A stretch of DNA of 64,000 nucleotides from Curvularia clavata (taxonomy: Eukaryota). Where the stretch lies: contig CP089279.1 of the NCBI GenBank assembly GCA_023920165.1, positions 2,790,001-2,854,000 of the forward strand, written 5' to 3'. The translations under genes were made by a program, and so were the position numbers. The notes below the pieces were generated by a model. That model had not been told where the DNA came from and searched no databases. It was given only the letters and a program-made list of their open reading frames with translations. This document shows positions 10,911 through 23,510 of this stretch, piece by piece; within the stretch, counting starts at the first letter, position 1; every line of letters starts with the position of its first letter.

Positions 10911-11685
10911 ATACTGATAATGGAGAAGTGGGTTTTGCACAGTTTGCTCAATGTTCAGAAAATTCCACTGAGCTGAGACTTCTAATTTCCCAACATTTCC
11001 CTGGGCAAGAGTCGTAATTTCTCCTGAACCCAACCCCGAGAGGTGAATCGGATATTGGTAACTACGGTCATTTTAACCAGGCCTTTCTGACCACTCCCAA
11101 ATCAATTCCATGATCGAACTGTCAAGGAAAGTACACACTGGGAAAAGGTTCGCTATAATTGTTGGTGGTTTTAGGAGTTTTCGAGTGAAAGACACATTTG
11201 AAGGACTCTTTTAAGCGGTATAATATTCCCAAACATTCTCAAATGTATAAAACAAAAGGTAGATGGTATGCAATGCGAAAACGGGTGCTTTAGCTATGTG
11301 CAGTTAGACAAGGAGCTGCACCAAAACCTGCCGCTAGATGCATCTATAACCGACGATGCAATCTCACGGAGTCATTCCTCTTTTACAAAGAGTAGCCAAT
11401 ATACCTCTCTAGTATTTTACGCGCTACAACCCATAAATAAGAGTTGGTTATGTGTAGCCAGAAAGGTGCGGGCCCTGACTAGAGCTAAAGCGGACATTGG
11501 CCCATTCGCCACGGTGATCGACGGCGGTGAGTGCCGGCAGAAAGAATTCTAGGACTGGACATGCGCGAACAACCTTCTTCACGCGCAACGAAGCTATCGA
11601 ACATTTTCGGCTTGTCGCCTCGCAAACCGGTCGCGGGCGCTTCTCTCACAAAAAACTGGTCACCACCGATTTTATCGCTGCGACA

Positions 11686-13350
11686 ATGGCCTCCCAACGT
11701 GGGTCGAAAGCCATGACTGCACAACCACGGCGCAAGTCGCAAAGCAACGCACACATGGACGAAGACGCCCGCGCAGTAGCAGAGTTTACGGAAAAAGCCA
11801 CACAACAATATGGTCGCGGCGACCGGATACGACCAAAGTCTGTGAAAGACAAGAAGCTGCGGGCAAATGTCAAATCTCTTGAGGCGAAGAACAAACAAGC
11901 GGCGATAGAAGCGAAGACTGTGGAGGTTCTGCTTGAGAACAACGCTGGCCTGCTAGAGCCTGAGAATGAATTGGAAAGGACATACCGCGTTCGACAGGAT
12001 GAGATCAAGCGAGAGGTCGGTCTGGAGACAGCAAAGAAAGGATTCGAGTTGCGATTGAACGACCTCGGGCCGTACGACGTGTGCGAATATAGTCGAAACG
12101 GTCGCGATTTGCTGATTGCGAGCCGGAAGGGCCATGTTGCGACATTTGACTGGAGAGACGGAAAGCTAGGCTGTGAACTACAACTTAACGAGACGGTACG
12201 GGATGCGCGTTGGCTGCACACGAGCAATCAGAAGAACTTCGCTGTCGCGCAAAAGAAATGCGTCTACATCTACTCGGGCGACGGCGTGGAAATGCATCAG
12301 CTCAAGAATCACTCAGAAGCGACACACCTCGAATACCTTCCATACCACTTTCTCCTCGCTTCAGTATCCACAGCAGGCATAATACGATACACGGACGTTT
12401 CGACCGGTCAATCGCTCCCCCAGCTTTATACCAAACTCGGCCCCGCCACATCACTCGCGCAAAACCCCCAAAACGCAATCCTCCACGTCGGCCACCAGAA
12501 AGGCCTTGTCACACTATGGTCGCCCAACAGCGCTACGCCGCTCGTTAAGCTCCTTCCACACCGAGGACCTGTGCGAAGCATCGCCATAGATAGATCAGGC
12601 ACTTACATGGTCAGCACATCTCAAGACCGGCGCATGTCCGTGTGGGACATTCGCATGTTTAAGGAAATGCACCAGCATCACCTGCGCGTCCCGGGCACTA
12701 CCCTCTCCATTTCCGACCGCAGCCTCACAGCCGTAGGTTTCGGTACCCAAGTTTCCATCTACAAAGACGACATCTTCCGGCGGAGTCCCGAAGACCAATC
12801 AGCACCCATCATGCCGTACATGGGCTGGGGTGGCGAAGGTCTAAACGTCGGACGTGTGCGCTTCTGTCCCTTTGAAGATGTCCTGGGCATATCGCACGAC
12901 CGGGGCTTCTCCTCCATCATTGTCCCTGGCTCCGGCGAACCCAACCCCGACTCCCTCGAGGCTGGCACTAACCCCTACGAAACATCCAAACAGCGTCGCG
13001 AGACCGAAGTCCACGCCCTGCTTGAGAAGCTCCAACCAGAGATGATTGCTCTCGACCCCAACTTTGTCGGCAACCTCGACCTAACGTCGCACGAGGAGCG
13101 GCAGAAGGAATACCGTGCCCAGCGAGGCGAGCGCGAGCCAGATAAGGTCGATCTGCTGAAGAAGCGCGGCAAGGGAAGGAATTCTGCCCTCAGACGGTAC
13201 CTGCGCAAGAATGGAAACAGGAATGTTATTGATGAGGAGAAGGAGCGTGCTCGCGAGGCGCTGAAGAACATGCAGAAGAGGCAGATTGAGCGCAAGGAGC
13301 GTATGAAGAAGGAGTATGGGCCTGCGCTCGAGCGGTTTGCGAGAAAGTAA
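11686..13350 (+). CDS. UTP7: U3 snoRNP / SSU processome WD40 protein Utp7 (WDR46, BING4CT domain)
   Basis: YSRNGRDLLIASRKGHVATFDW, LEYLPYHFLLAS, FCPFEDVLGISH, NPYETSKQRRETEVHALLEKLQPEMIALDP. Confidence 0.95.
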   Translation: MASQRGSKAMTAQPRRKSQSNAHMDEDARAVAEFTEKATQQYGRGDRIRPKSVKDKKLRANVKSLEAKNKQAAIEAKTVEVLLENNAGLLEPENELERTYRVRQDEIKREVGLETAKKGFELRLNDLGPYDVCEYSRNGRDLLIASRKGHVATFDWRDGKLGCELQLNETVRDARWLHTSNQKNFAVAQKKCVYIYSGDGVEMHQLKNHSEATHLEYLPYHFLLASVSTAGIIRYTDVSTGQSLPQLYTKLGPATSLAQNPQNAILHVGHQKGLVTLWSPNSATPLVKLLPHRGPVRSIAIDRSGTYMVSTSQDRRMSVWDIRMFKEMHQHHLRVPGTTLSISDRSLTAVGFGTQVSIYKDDIFRRSPEDQSAPIMPYMGWGGEGLNVGRVRFCPFEDVLGISHDRGFSSIIVPGSGEPNPDSLEAGTNPYETSKQRRETEVHALLEKLQPEMIALDPNFVGNLDLTSHEERQKEYRAQRGEREPDKVDLLKKRGKGRNSALRRYLRKNGNRNVIDEEKERAREALKNMQKRQIERKERMKKEYGPALERFARK

Positions 13351-13707
13351 GAGGATGTTGTTGTTCGCTGTTGCTGCAATGCGTTTGATGAAGGGAACTT
13401 GCAGAAAGAGAAAAAAAAGTAACCCTTTGATGGCATTTTCATGGCGTTTGACATATCTTTCTCGTGGTCAAGATACCTTTTTTTTTAGTTGTTGAAAAAA
13501 AAATCAGTGTGTCAACGATGCAGAATTGCACAATATGGATGCATGTCTTTTATTTTATGTGGAAAAAAAAAGAATAACGCCATAGCCATTTTTACGTCCT
13601 ATCTAAAATGCCCATTGATATCATAAACTTCATATCTTCCCGTCATCGCCAGCCTAAGAATGCGAGGAAGCGTAGCGAGAGGGTTCCAATTTTACTCTTT
13701 TTTTCTT

Positions 13708-16241
13708 TTACTGCGCCTGCTCCAACTCACCCTTCCAGACCCTGGCGCTCCTGGGCCAAACCCTCTTGTACAGACTGACCGCCACTGCGTCCATAGGACT
13801 AATCTTTCCATCAAACGTAGCCTTGAAGTATCCATGCGTACCCAGACTCTCCTTGATGAAACCGCTTCGTCCGCGCTTGGTCCAGAGCGGCAGGCTCTTG
13901 AACCACTTGACGTCTGTATCGTTGAAGAACATGTAGCGCACGGTGACGACGCGCTTGTTGATCTTGTAAGGATGGCCAGTCAGGATGATTCGCTTGGCGA
14001 CGATGCGGTTTGTGGAGGGGGGAAGAGAGGTTCCGGTTGCTATCAGCTGGAGAGAAGAGGGCTGGTCTGGGGTAGGTGTTGTGCGAGTGAAGTAGAGGAG
14101 AGGGACGTTGCCCCATGTCAGAGGGCCAATGAAAGTGGCAATGGCGGATTGGCCCGGGTGCAGGTAACGGGCGAATTTGTGCACATTGTTGGGCGTGTTG
14201 CCTGCGTTGGAGAAAAGCTACAGGGCGTTAGTCATATATGGATGTCGAGTTTGGGGACATTGGGACGGCTTACAGGGTTGATTACGATCCTCCTTGGACC
14301 ACATTGTACAATCATCTCAGTCTTTGACTTGATTGGGGACTCGTGCTCAGAGCTGAGCAGAATGCTGTAGTTGCATGCTGTTCGCTTGTGCTCGTGTCTG
14401 AGCAGTGAGAACAGGGCCATGGGCCGTGATCCGCTCTCTTGGAACTGCAGCGGAACTCCTCGAATGTGGACACTTACGCGGGTACCAGCCTTGACGCCAC
14501 CAGCCCATGCTTCGCGCATGAACTTGGTAGCGGTGCGCTTGTAGTCGGAAATCTCGAGCAGCCGTTGCCACTCCTCTGGCTCATATGGTCGGTCTTCTTC
14601 CGTGTCCCACACACTGGTTTTGAGACTCTTCAATCCACGGTAGCGGATAAGACGCTCGCGTGCATTGACATTGGGGTGCAATTCGATTTCATCGGGGAAT
14701 TCAAGGTCCTCTTCAGCCTCAGTTTTCCTGGACTTGCGGTACTCCTCGATTTGCGCCGCCTCGTCTTCCGGCGAGGGATCCAGGAACATCTCAGATTGTG
14801 GGTATTCTGATGGTGCGCCCTCTGTCATTGCCTTTCCGTCAATATCCATACCCTCTTCACCATCTGCTGGGTGAGCAGGCTGGCTCTGAGTGTCCTGCGC
14901 ATCATCCATGTCAAAGTCCTCGAGGTCAGAGCCCGAATCAGACATGTCGTCCAGATACCAGGCGGCCTGGTAGTTACTGGTACCTCTCGGCAACCGCCTC
15001 TTCTGTTTGGGGGCAGCTTCTTCCTCTTCATCCGAGAAATAATGGTGATCGTCGAGTAGAACACCTTTTCGCTCAGAAGGAGCGACAGATGTGGCGTAGT
15101 TAGTGACATCGTCCATTAGGGTTTCTTCAGGCGCAAGCTCTGCCAGATCGTCTTGGTCTTCGGTTGGTCGCTCCAGAGTATCATCGGCGGAATCGATGGC
15201 CATTTCCTCATCCTTTCCCTTCTTTCGCGACTCTAGCGGAGCAGCGACAATCTTTTCGACTTGAAAGTCGCCCCAGTCCCCAACTTGAACCAGGCGGTCT
15301 GCCTTCAATCCTAGCCCTCGAACAACTCCCGTAACGACGACTTCGCCAGTACCATCCTCAGTGACAGCTGACTTTCCTCCAGGCCAGGCAATGTCCTCGA
15401 TGAACATGTAGCTCCTCTGGTCCCTCCAACGTACACCTTTTGTAGTGGTTGTGCATAGCGATCGGACGAGGTTGGCGCCTTCTTGCCGGTTGTCGAGGGA
15501 GTATACGCGCTCGGTGGATGGCAGCCAGTGGGTAATGTAAGACTTGAGCGAAGAGACGACAGAAGGCCGTTGTTTCGCAGGCTCAACTTTGTCTAGTCCT
15601 TGGACGACAGTGAAGGTGTTTGAGATGCCCTGGCTCTCGACTGACTTGAGGATCAGCTCGCCCTCTGCATCCACCTCTTCATGCGCCGACAGGACGAAGA
15701 CAACAAAGTCGGCGATACGGCAGGCATCGAGAGCGGCCAACAGATCTCTCTTAACAACGAGGTATTGAACTTTCTGCTTGAAGCGATCAACGTTGGTTCT
15801 TGTCCAGCCAGTCTCGGGCACGTCTTCGTCGATGTCGAGACTCGAGTTGAGGCTGCGCACTGCTGCGGCAGCAGAAGCGTCGGGGCACAGAGGCACGATG
15901 GCGGCGATCCTAGGGGCACCGTCTTTGCCGGCGAAGACATTGGTGGATTTTGCGTGCTCGTGGTCTTTGTTGATGCGCATCTGCTTGGCGCGGTTGCGAC
16001 GGTCGAATTTGCTCATGACCTGCTGATGAGGCGTCTTGCGGCTACCGAATTCGAACGAGAGCGAGTTGACCTTGCCTGTGCATTACTGTTAGCAGGGCGA
16101 AGCCATGGCATGGGGTGCATTATGGCAAGACTCACCCTTGCTCTGCTCCTTGAGTGCGCCCTTGGTGGCATGGCGAGACTTGAAGCCCTTCTTTTCCTTC
16201 TTGGTGGTGCTGCGATGGTGATGCTGCTCCATGGGCGCCAT
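13708..16241 (-). CDS. TSR1: Pre-40S ribosome biogenesis factor Tsr1
   Basis: N-terminus HHHRSTTKKEKKGFKSRHATKG. EFPDEIELHP..ARERL.RYRGLKSL; KRIILTGHPYKI..VRYMFFN; ESLGTHGYFKATFD. Introns at 16135-16076 and about 14270-14218. Confidence 0.95.
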
Positions 16242-16898
16242 GTTTGCGCTGCCGCCTGCTTTGAAGCGAAAGGGTATCGAAGCCAGCTTGAATATCGACA
16301 GTCTGGCACGCAGCGCTGGGCTTTGGTGGGGTCGAGCGGCGGACGGCGATAATTTTGTTATCGTGCTGCTTATCGAGAATAATTTTGGCGGCTGCTCCTC
16401 GGCTGTGGCGTCATGCCCGTGGCCCCTGCGCCTTTGCGCCGCCTCATGCACTCCACGCCATGAGCATCCCCGGTTCGCCAAATAGTACACTGGGCCAATG
16501 ACCTGCTTTGTGTATGCTCAGAATGCTAAGCTACTACCAGCACCTGCGGTTACTTGACCAAAGCATCGCCCTATGCCACAACATATACAACCGCGTTATA
16601 TGTTGAGTCCAATGGCTCGTCTTTCAAACCGTCACCTCTTACATCTGCCTTTCACATGTGTGCCATGTCTTTTACTGTAATGTCTGGTCCAAGGCAGCAG
16701 CGCCAGTGCACAAGCAAACGCTCCTGCCGTCACCTTTACTTCAGCATACGCAGCAAACGGAACCCACACAGATCTCTCTCACCTGTCACCGCTAGCTGGA
16801 ACCCGCCTATAACTACCTCACTTTCCTGACTGCTTACTTTCCACCCAACCCACTAAACGCAATATTCAACTGCTACTTCCATCACTACCTTGCTCATA

Positions 16899-18034
16899 AT
16901 GTCAACCCGGCATAAGTTTCACAAGTGGAGCCAAGAGGATCTTGACAGGTACGTGTATCTGACAATGACATGCGGCGCCATTCACTTGTGCTCACTTCAT
17001 CAGCCTCAAGGGAATCGCGCTCCCGGAGAAGCTCAAGTGCCGCCGCTGCTCAAAGAACCTGCCTCAGGCTAGGTTCTCGACCAATCAGCTCAATGACGTC
17101 CGCCGCCAGATTAAGGTCTCACTCAAGGTGATCAAACCCATCACTTGCCAGGGTTGTACTGGCCAGCAACTTGTCGAGGTCGAATGCACCATGTGCGGAA
17201 AAACCAAAGGCCTAGAAGAATTTTCAAAGGCACAGCGTCGTAGCCCGGACACCGCAAAGTGCTACAGCTGTGTCGAGAAAGTGCTTGAACAAGACGCCAT
17301 CGAGGAAGACAAGTATGAGGACCCTGACAAAGCTTTTGTGTCGCTCGATCACTCCAATGGCAAGTACCCCGAGTACTTCTCGCCAGCAACGGCCGATAAG
17401 GCTTCGTCTCATGGCGACCACGACTGGCAGTCCGTCAACGAGAACCGTAGCTCCAAGCACAAAGCCATCGAAGCGACCAATGGTGGTGGCATCCCGCTAT
17501 CAGTCGATTTCCAGCGAGCCATGTCTCTGCTTGGGACTGCTGACGAGAGCATGATCAACACCGAGTACGCTTACCCTGCCGGCCGAGACAGGGGTGACGA
17601 CAGTTGGAGCGAGGTTCACACCAAGTCCTGGCGCACCCAGTCCACTCGAGCCACAAGCACGGCCTCAACTATCGCTCCCACAATCCAACCTCGTTCAGGC
17701 TCCTCTGTTGCCGGCTCTGTCCGCACCTTTGCTTCGAGCGTGGCTGAGCAATCTACGATTTCTGAGGACCGTCCTAACAATCGGGGTAACATGTCCGCTG
17801 CTGTTCGTCCTAGCACCTGGGCCAAGATTCCCGCTGCTCCTCGCGGCCCTCCTATCGTAAGTACAACTCGCATTGGATCTAAGCATACTCGAGATTTGAT
17901 TAACCTTGCAAAAGAGGCCTATGGGAGATGCTGCCCGCGAGACTGGTCCCTTTGTAGACGCTTGGGCTTCTGATTCTGATGACGCCGATGAAGAGGACAG
18001 TGAGAGCGACTGCGACGACGATACTGTCATCTAA
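16899..18034 (+). CDS. Stc1-domain zinc-finger protein
   Basis: Spliced model (introns about 16949-17003 and about 17858-17915): LKCRRC..FSTNQL..ITCQGC..VECTMCGKTKGLEEFSKAQRR..AKCYSC, with an acidic C-terminus. Confidence 0.8.
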
Positions 18035-18698
18035 AAGGCTAGTACCAGATCCTGATTTTGGGCGATCAATCTCTGCGAGTGCGGAATGCGTACCGCAACC
18101 AATGGCGTCAACTAAATCTGCTCTTCTTGATTTCAACTTTGATTTCTTCACACGATTGTTTTTCAAACTCCAGTACCGGCTTGCTCATGTCTCCATAAGT
18201 AATTTTGTAATATATTTGTTTTGAAATACCTTCTTGAACCGTGACGATGCAAAACACTCCGGCATTAATTCTCGGGTTCTGCAAATGCCAACTTTGTGAG
18301 TTGAGGAAGTCAATGCCCCCCAATTCCATCGAACGGATTTGCAACAAGGGCAAGTGTTTTTGGATTAGTGAGTAATTCTAGAAACGGCGACACGACAAGA
18401 GCTGTGCAGACAAGAGCAATCATTTGATGAACGGGTGTAATCCGCCACTCGCGTAGCCACAGAGGCAACTGCGTAGTGAAAAGAATCGGTTGTCAGGGGT
18501 AGACTATGCTCGATCGAGCGCGTAATTGCCACCACGTGACTGCGCGCTCGCCCAGTCAGCCGGAACGCGCCTTCCTCACTGATTGTCTCACACCCCACCT
18601 GACAATTCCCGGCGCACCTTAACAACAACTATCTTCCCCTTATCACGCAACCCTTACTGAAGGAAACCGCTGCTCGATTGCGACTCAACGTTGAAAAA

Positions 18699-20821
18699 AT
18701 GTGAGTAATAATATCCTTCGGACAAAGTGGGTGCGTATACTGACGGGTGGCGACAGGAGCGGACGGCGACCAAGAGGAGCAGGTATCCGTGGCCCGCACT
18801 CGGCATTGACGGACTTTCTGGCGGTATGTTGCCTTTTGCATGCAGACACGTCTTCTATTGCCCAAAGTTTGGTGTCGTCTTGTGGTGTTGGATAAGGATG
18901 CAAGCCTGCCTGAGGCTCAGCAACGAATATGCATTTTGGTACTTAGGTTTCAAGGTCTATGCTAATTGCACAACAATAGGCCAACAACATCTCTGCACAA
19001 GAAATTCGCGATTCGTACCAGCAACGTCTTCGACAGGCCGAGGAGAATGCACCACAAGAAGGCGATAATGGCGAAGGATCCGCAAACGTCGGCGAAGAAG
19101 GCGCAGAAGTCGAAGAAGACCTACAAGCAGAGTCGTCTGCCATGGCAGCTGAACGCACTCGTAAACGGAAGCGCGATCAAGACGAAGCTATAGCAAAGAT
19201 CAAAAAGGGCAAGGCTGCGAAGAAAGCGGCAAAGAAAAAGAAGGGCTCAGATGACGGCTCAGACTTCGAGGACATCATGGACGTGTACAAGAAGGCCAAG
19301 AAGCTGCCTGGACAGCTAGAGAACTGCGAAATCTGCGATAAACGCTTTACTGTCACACCGTACAGCAAAGCCGGCCCAGAAGGCGGCCTTTTGTGTACGC
19401 CATGCGGCAAGGAAATGGCCAAGGACATCAAGGCAGAAAAGAAGGCTACTAAGCCTGTTGTTCGCAAAGGCCGAAGAAAGATTGAGAGCAACCGCTTGGA
19501 TGGTTTGACTGCGCGCGGGCCCAAGACATTGCAACAACTTTGCATCGAAAAGTTGGCAAAGCACTCCGAGGATATCGAAGAGTTGGGTGAAATGCCAGAA
19601 AGCATCATGAACCGAATCAGTGAGATCTTTTCGAAGAAACGGGCAATGAATCCTACTACGATGAAGCTTTTCCTGCAACCCGACCTAGAGAATATTGCGA
19701 TCCACGAAGCGGCATACCTCGAGACGGAAGACTACGATCAGATTTTTGCAGTGTGTCCGACCGTCAAGCGCCTGTCACTCCGTAATTGCTGCCAGTTGAA
19801 GGACAATAATATTGACTACATGATTGAAAAGGCCAAGGCTTTAGAAGAGATCCAGCTGCTGGGAGCCAACCTCGTTACAAACGACAAGTGGATCGAACTA
19901 TTCATCGCGCGTGGCCAGGATTTGAAGGCGTTCAAAGTAGAGTGGCTGGATGCTTCCTTTGATGACCAGGTTGTTGAAGCCCTCACTACTTTCTGTCCAA
20001 ATCTTGAGCGTCTCAAGATTGAGCGATGCAAGAAGATTGGCCCAGACAGTATGGACGCTATCGCTCGATTACAGCATCTCAAACACCTCACTCTTCGATT
20101 CTACGAGTCCATCACCCGTGAAAAGCTTGTTCACCTAATCAGCTCTGTTGGTGCGAACCTGCAGACCTTGTGCCTAGAGCACTTTGTCGATAACACGACC
20201 GATCCCACTGACGATGTGCTTGACACCATTCACGACAAGTGTCGGTACCTCAGCAAGCTTCGCTTTACAGAGAATTACGAGTGCACCGACGCTGGCTATG
20301 TCAGGCTCTTCTCCGATTGGGAAAACCCTCCCCTGCGCTATGTCGATCTCAACTCGAATCGCGACATGGATAACACAAATCCCGATGGACCTGAAGAAAT
20401 GCCAACTGGCCTTGCATCTGATGGCTTCCGCGCGCTCATGTCGCACTCCGGATCGCGTTTGGAATTCCTCGACATCTCGTCGTGCCGCCACATCTCGCAC
20501 GCTACATTTGCAGAGATCTTTGATGGCACGAACCAGTACACTAACCTACATGAGATCAACCTCTCTTTCTGCCCTGTGGTGGACACGGAAATTGTAGCGG
20601 GTATTTTCCGCTCGTGCCCTGCGATCAAGAAGGTCGTCACGTTTGGCTGCTTCCAAGTCAACGATGTCGTGGTTCCAAAGGGCATCGTGCTTATCGGCGC
20701 GCCCAAGGCGCAAGACCAGATTGAGCAGTTTGGTGAGATGGTGCTGGACTATCAGAAGGAGATGGAGGAGAGTATGGATCAGATGCGGGCAATGGGTCGC
20801 GTTGTGCCTGTTATGGGTTAG
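18699..20821 (+). CDS. RAD7: Nucleotide excision repair LRR protein Rad7/Rhp7
   Basis: Exons 18699-18700, 18757-18823, 18980-20821: MSGRRPRGAGIRGPHSALTDFLAANNISA, CEICDKRFTVTPYS..LLCTPC, followed by leucine-rich repeats. Confidence 0.92.
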
Positions 20822-21228
20822 GTGGTGCTGCTTTTCATATGTGGCCAGGCGTTTCATCGGTTCAATTTCTTTAGCAGCTCCGGATATCATGACGGGTATG
20901 GCGTCAATGGGGTTCACGAGTATGTCTCTTTATGCAAGGGAGGGTATATGATATAGACGCAACTGCAAGGTTTTGATTTCAAGTTTAACTCACACGATAT
21001 GCCATGCTAAATGCCCCGGAAGTTTTGCCTGAGGCTTGGTTATCATTATCGCACCGTCCTTGCGACAACCCCACTGAATACCAATGTCTTTGCAGTTCGC
21101 CATGCTATCTTAGCGTAGGTGGTGTACAGGTCATGTGTAGTCTCCTATCCCGTGTCCAGAGGGAATGCAATTTCTCTGGTTGACATCTATGCGTTGTTTA
21201 GTTAAAGGATGAGAGGCACGCTCCCATA

Positions 21229-21317
21229 CTTGTCAACAATCAATCGAGATTCAATTCCATCAATCCAGTTCAGTCTAGTCCGGGCCTCCTAGTTGATCTA
21301 GATTGATTGTTGACAAG
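21229..21317. mobile_element. 89-bp MITE-like element with 17-bp perfect terminal inverted repeats
   Basis: CTTGTCAACAATCAATC (21229-21245) and its reverse complement GATTGATTGTTGACAAG (21301-21317); TA on the left flank, CA on the right. Confidence 0.7.
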
Positions 21318-21930
21318 CACGCACGCCTTCCTTGATACAAAATCTTACTCTTAGGCTATTTGTACGCCTTAAACCAGCTGTTTAAGTAGAAACTAGCAGT
21401 CAATTTAATCTCTAAATGAATTTCTACACCATCTCAACAAATTATAAACTATGTTTCTGATTGAAACACAAAAGCTGATCTAACCCCTGTCTAACCTCTA
21501 CCTGTTTGCTACTCTATAATGAGCTACTCGCAAAATGAGGTATAAAAGTAGACTAGCGTCCCAAGGCGGAGCAGCAGCGTCGCCCCATTACATGCCTAAG
21601 TCTAGTAAGTAGTTGCTGAGGTATTTTGGTAGTCTGTAAACCAATCATTCTTTTCTCGCTAGCGAAACAGATTAATAATTATGCCGAGGTACGTAATTCT
21701 ATACTTGGTTAAACTAGACCTATTGTTACTTACCGAATCTGAAAAAGACGCACGCTGAGTCACTGTAACTCAACCGTTGACAACAGATAGATAACGATGT
21801 GGGTTTACAACATGACTCATGATTTACTGGTTATCAAAACACTCTAGTTTGCTCGAATTCATGGTATAAATACATTCGAGCAGTGCATAGCTTTACCTCA
21901 AACACGCTCAACCTCATCTTAGGCTCAATC

Positions 21931-22689
21931 ATGTCCACCACTCAAGCAGTCACTTACAAGACAGCTTTTATACCCAAGAATTCAGGAATTGAGCAAATTA
22001 CACGCCTGGCTAATAAATTCCGCGACTTCAAACTCCACGCCCTCAAGACCGCCCCAGAAGCCTTCTCAGCAGAGTTACACGTTGAGTCACAACTGCCACC
22101 GTCAACATGGGTTAGCCGAATCACGGAACCGGCCACAACGATTTTTGTCTGCGTCGCAATCCCTCTCAGCAGCACACGACGAAATTCAAGTTCAAAATGT
22201 GATGAAGCTGACGATGATGAGTTGATGAGGCTGCTGCTAGACGGCGAATGGACTGGCATGTTCACCATGATTGGTCCCATATCGCGAGACGCCTACATCT
22301 TTCCCGATTCTGGACAGCCGGAACCCGGACCCGAGGAATCAGAGACGCGCTGGCAACTCACGAGTTTGTTTACACTGCCTGCGTATCGTGGTTGTGGCAT
22401 TGGCAAGCAGCTCACCGAGGCGGCGGTGGAATTTGCAAGCCAAGTGTCTGCTGCGAAAGAAAAGATGTCTGGTGGAAGTTATCAGGTTCGAACGCGTGTT
22501 AGGCTTGTTGTGCACCCTAAAAATACAGGAGTGGTTAAGATGTATGAGAAATTCGGGTTTGTGGATAGTGCGAGGATGACGGTGGCGGAGGCTTGTGTAG
22601 CGAATGGAGCGGGGGATATGGTGCCGAAGGATGCGGATGTGGACAAGTGGCACAGCAGGTTTGGTGTTGCTATGGAAATTTTAGTGTAG
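21931..22689 (+). CDS. GNAT-family N-acetyltransferase
   Basis: KLHALKTAPEAFS N-terminal motif; acetyl-CoA motif A SLFTLPAYRGCGIGKQL; N..VVKMYEKFGF. Confidence 0.88.
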   Translation: MSTTQAVTYKTAFIPKNSGIEQITRLANKFRDFKLHALKTAPEAFSAELHVESQLPPSTWVSRITEPATTIFVCVAIPLSSTRRNSSSKCDEADDDELMRLLLDGEWTGMFTMIGPISRDAYIFPDSGQPEPGPEESETRWQLTSLFTLPAYRGCGIGKQLTEAAVEFASQVSAAKEKMSGGSYQVRTRVRLVVHPKNTGVVKMYEKFGFVDSARMTVAEACVANGAGDMVPKDADVDKWHSRFGVAMEILV

Positions 22690-22910
22690 TTTGATGGAGG
22701 AAGGAGCTTGAATCGTCTCAGTAAATATGTTGTACACGCACATGTACAGTAAGGGTATACTTTGCACTACTTCGTACCGAGTAATTATCTGTCGTCGAAT
22801 AATTGGAATCTCATATATAGGTACATAAATAGCCATGCATAAACGAGGCAAGCGTGTAAGAGTTACTAGGTGCTTATGTAGTCTTGGTTGCTCAACCCTA
22901 GGACATTCGT

Positions 22911-23510
22911 CTAGCATTCAAGTCCTACGCATCCATTTGGGGGTGCACACCCCCTATCAGTGCAGTAATGATTGATCTCGATCTTTCCTGATCCCTTTGC
23001 AGAGCTTCCTCCAGCGCCATCACTCCTGCGCTCGGCTTTAATTTCCCCCTCGCCGAAAACTTGGATAGTCCTGTTTCCAAGTACAATGTTCTGTCGCAAA
23101 CTCAACGTTGTGTCTATAGTTGTGTTAGCACCTTTCCCCCGGCATTTCTTTGCATTATTTCGTGATGTGGTAGGTTCAAGGGACCAAGGGACATTAGAAT
23201 ATGGCAAAATAATAAGCGACGTACAATCCCAGGTATACTCCAAACCTGAAGAACATTGCGTCACCTCAGATGGTGGACGGGTGCCTTGTGGGACGAAGCT
23301 GTAGTGGCATTTTGCCTCCGCGGTTTCTTCGGATTTTGAGTTGTGGAAGGTGACACTTAGGTCTTTGATAGAGTAGCCAGGTCGTCCGGACTGATATGCC
23401 ACAGTCAGATCCCAGTACGAGCCAGTGAGGTCGGGCCACCCTTCTGCGCGCGTAACCAGGGCAGGTGAAGCGGCAGCAAGGCCGAGAAAGAAAAGAGGTG
23501 TAACGCGCAT
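22911..23510 (-). CDS. Small secreted Cys-rich protein (effector candidate)
   Basis: Signal peptide MRVTPLFFLGLAAA-SP; in-frame intron about 23224-23115 (GTACGT..GCTAAC..TAG); six Cys in the spliced product, which ends in C. Confidence 0.75.
   Translation of the reverse strand: MRVTPLFFLGLAAASPALVTRAEGWPDLTGSYWDLTVAYQSGRPGYSIKDLSVTFHNSKSEETAEAKCHYSFVPQGTRPPSEVTQCSSGLEYTWDCTSLIILPYSNVPWSLEPTTSRNNAKKCRGKGANTTIDTTLSLRQNIVLGNRTIQVFGEGEIKAERRSDGAGGSSAKGSGKIEINHYCTDRGCAPPNGCVGLEC

Noticed and set aside
11527..11685. N-terminal extension of UTP7
   Set aside because: Starts at GTG; the first ATG in good context is at 11686.
13708..16490. TSR1 appearing as three separate ORFs
   Set aside because: Explained by canonical introns; not a pseudogene.
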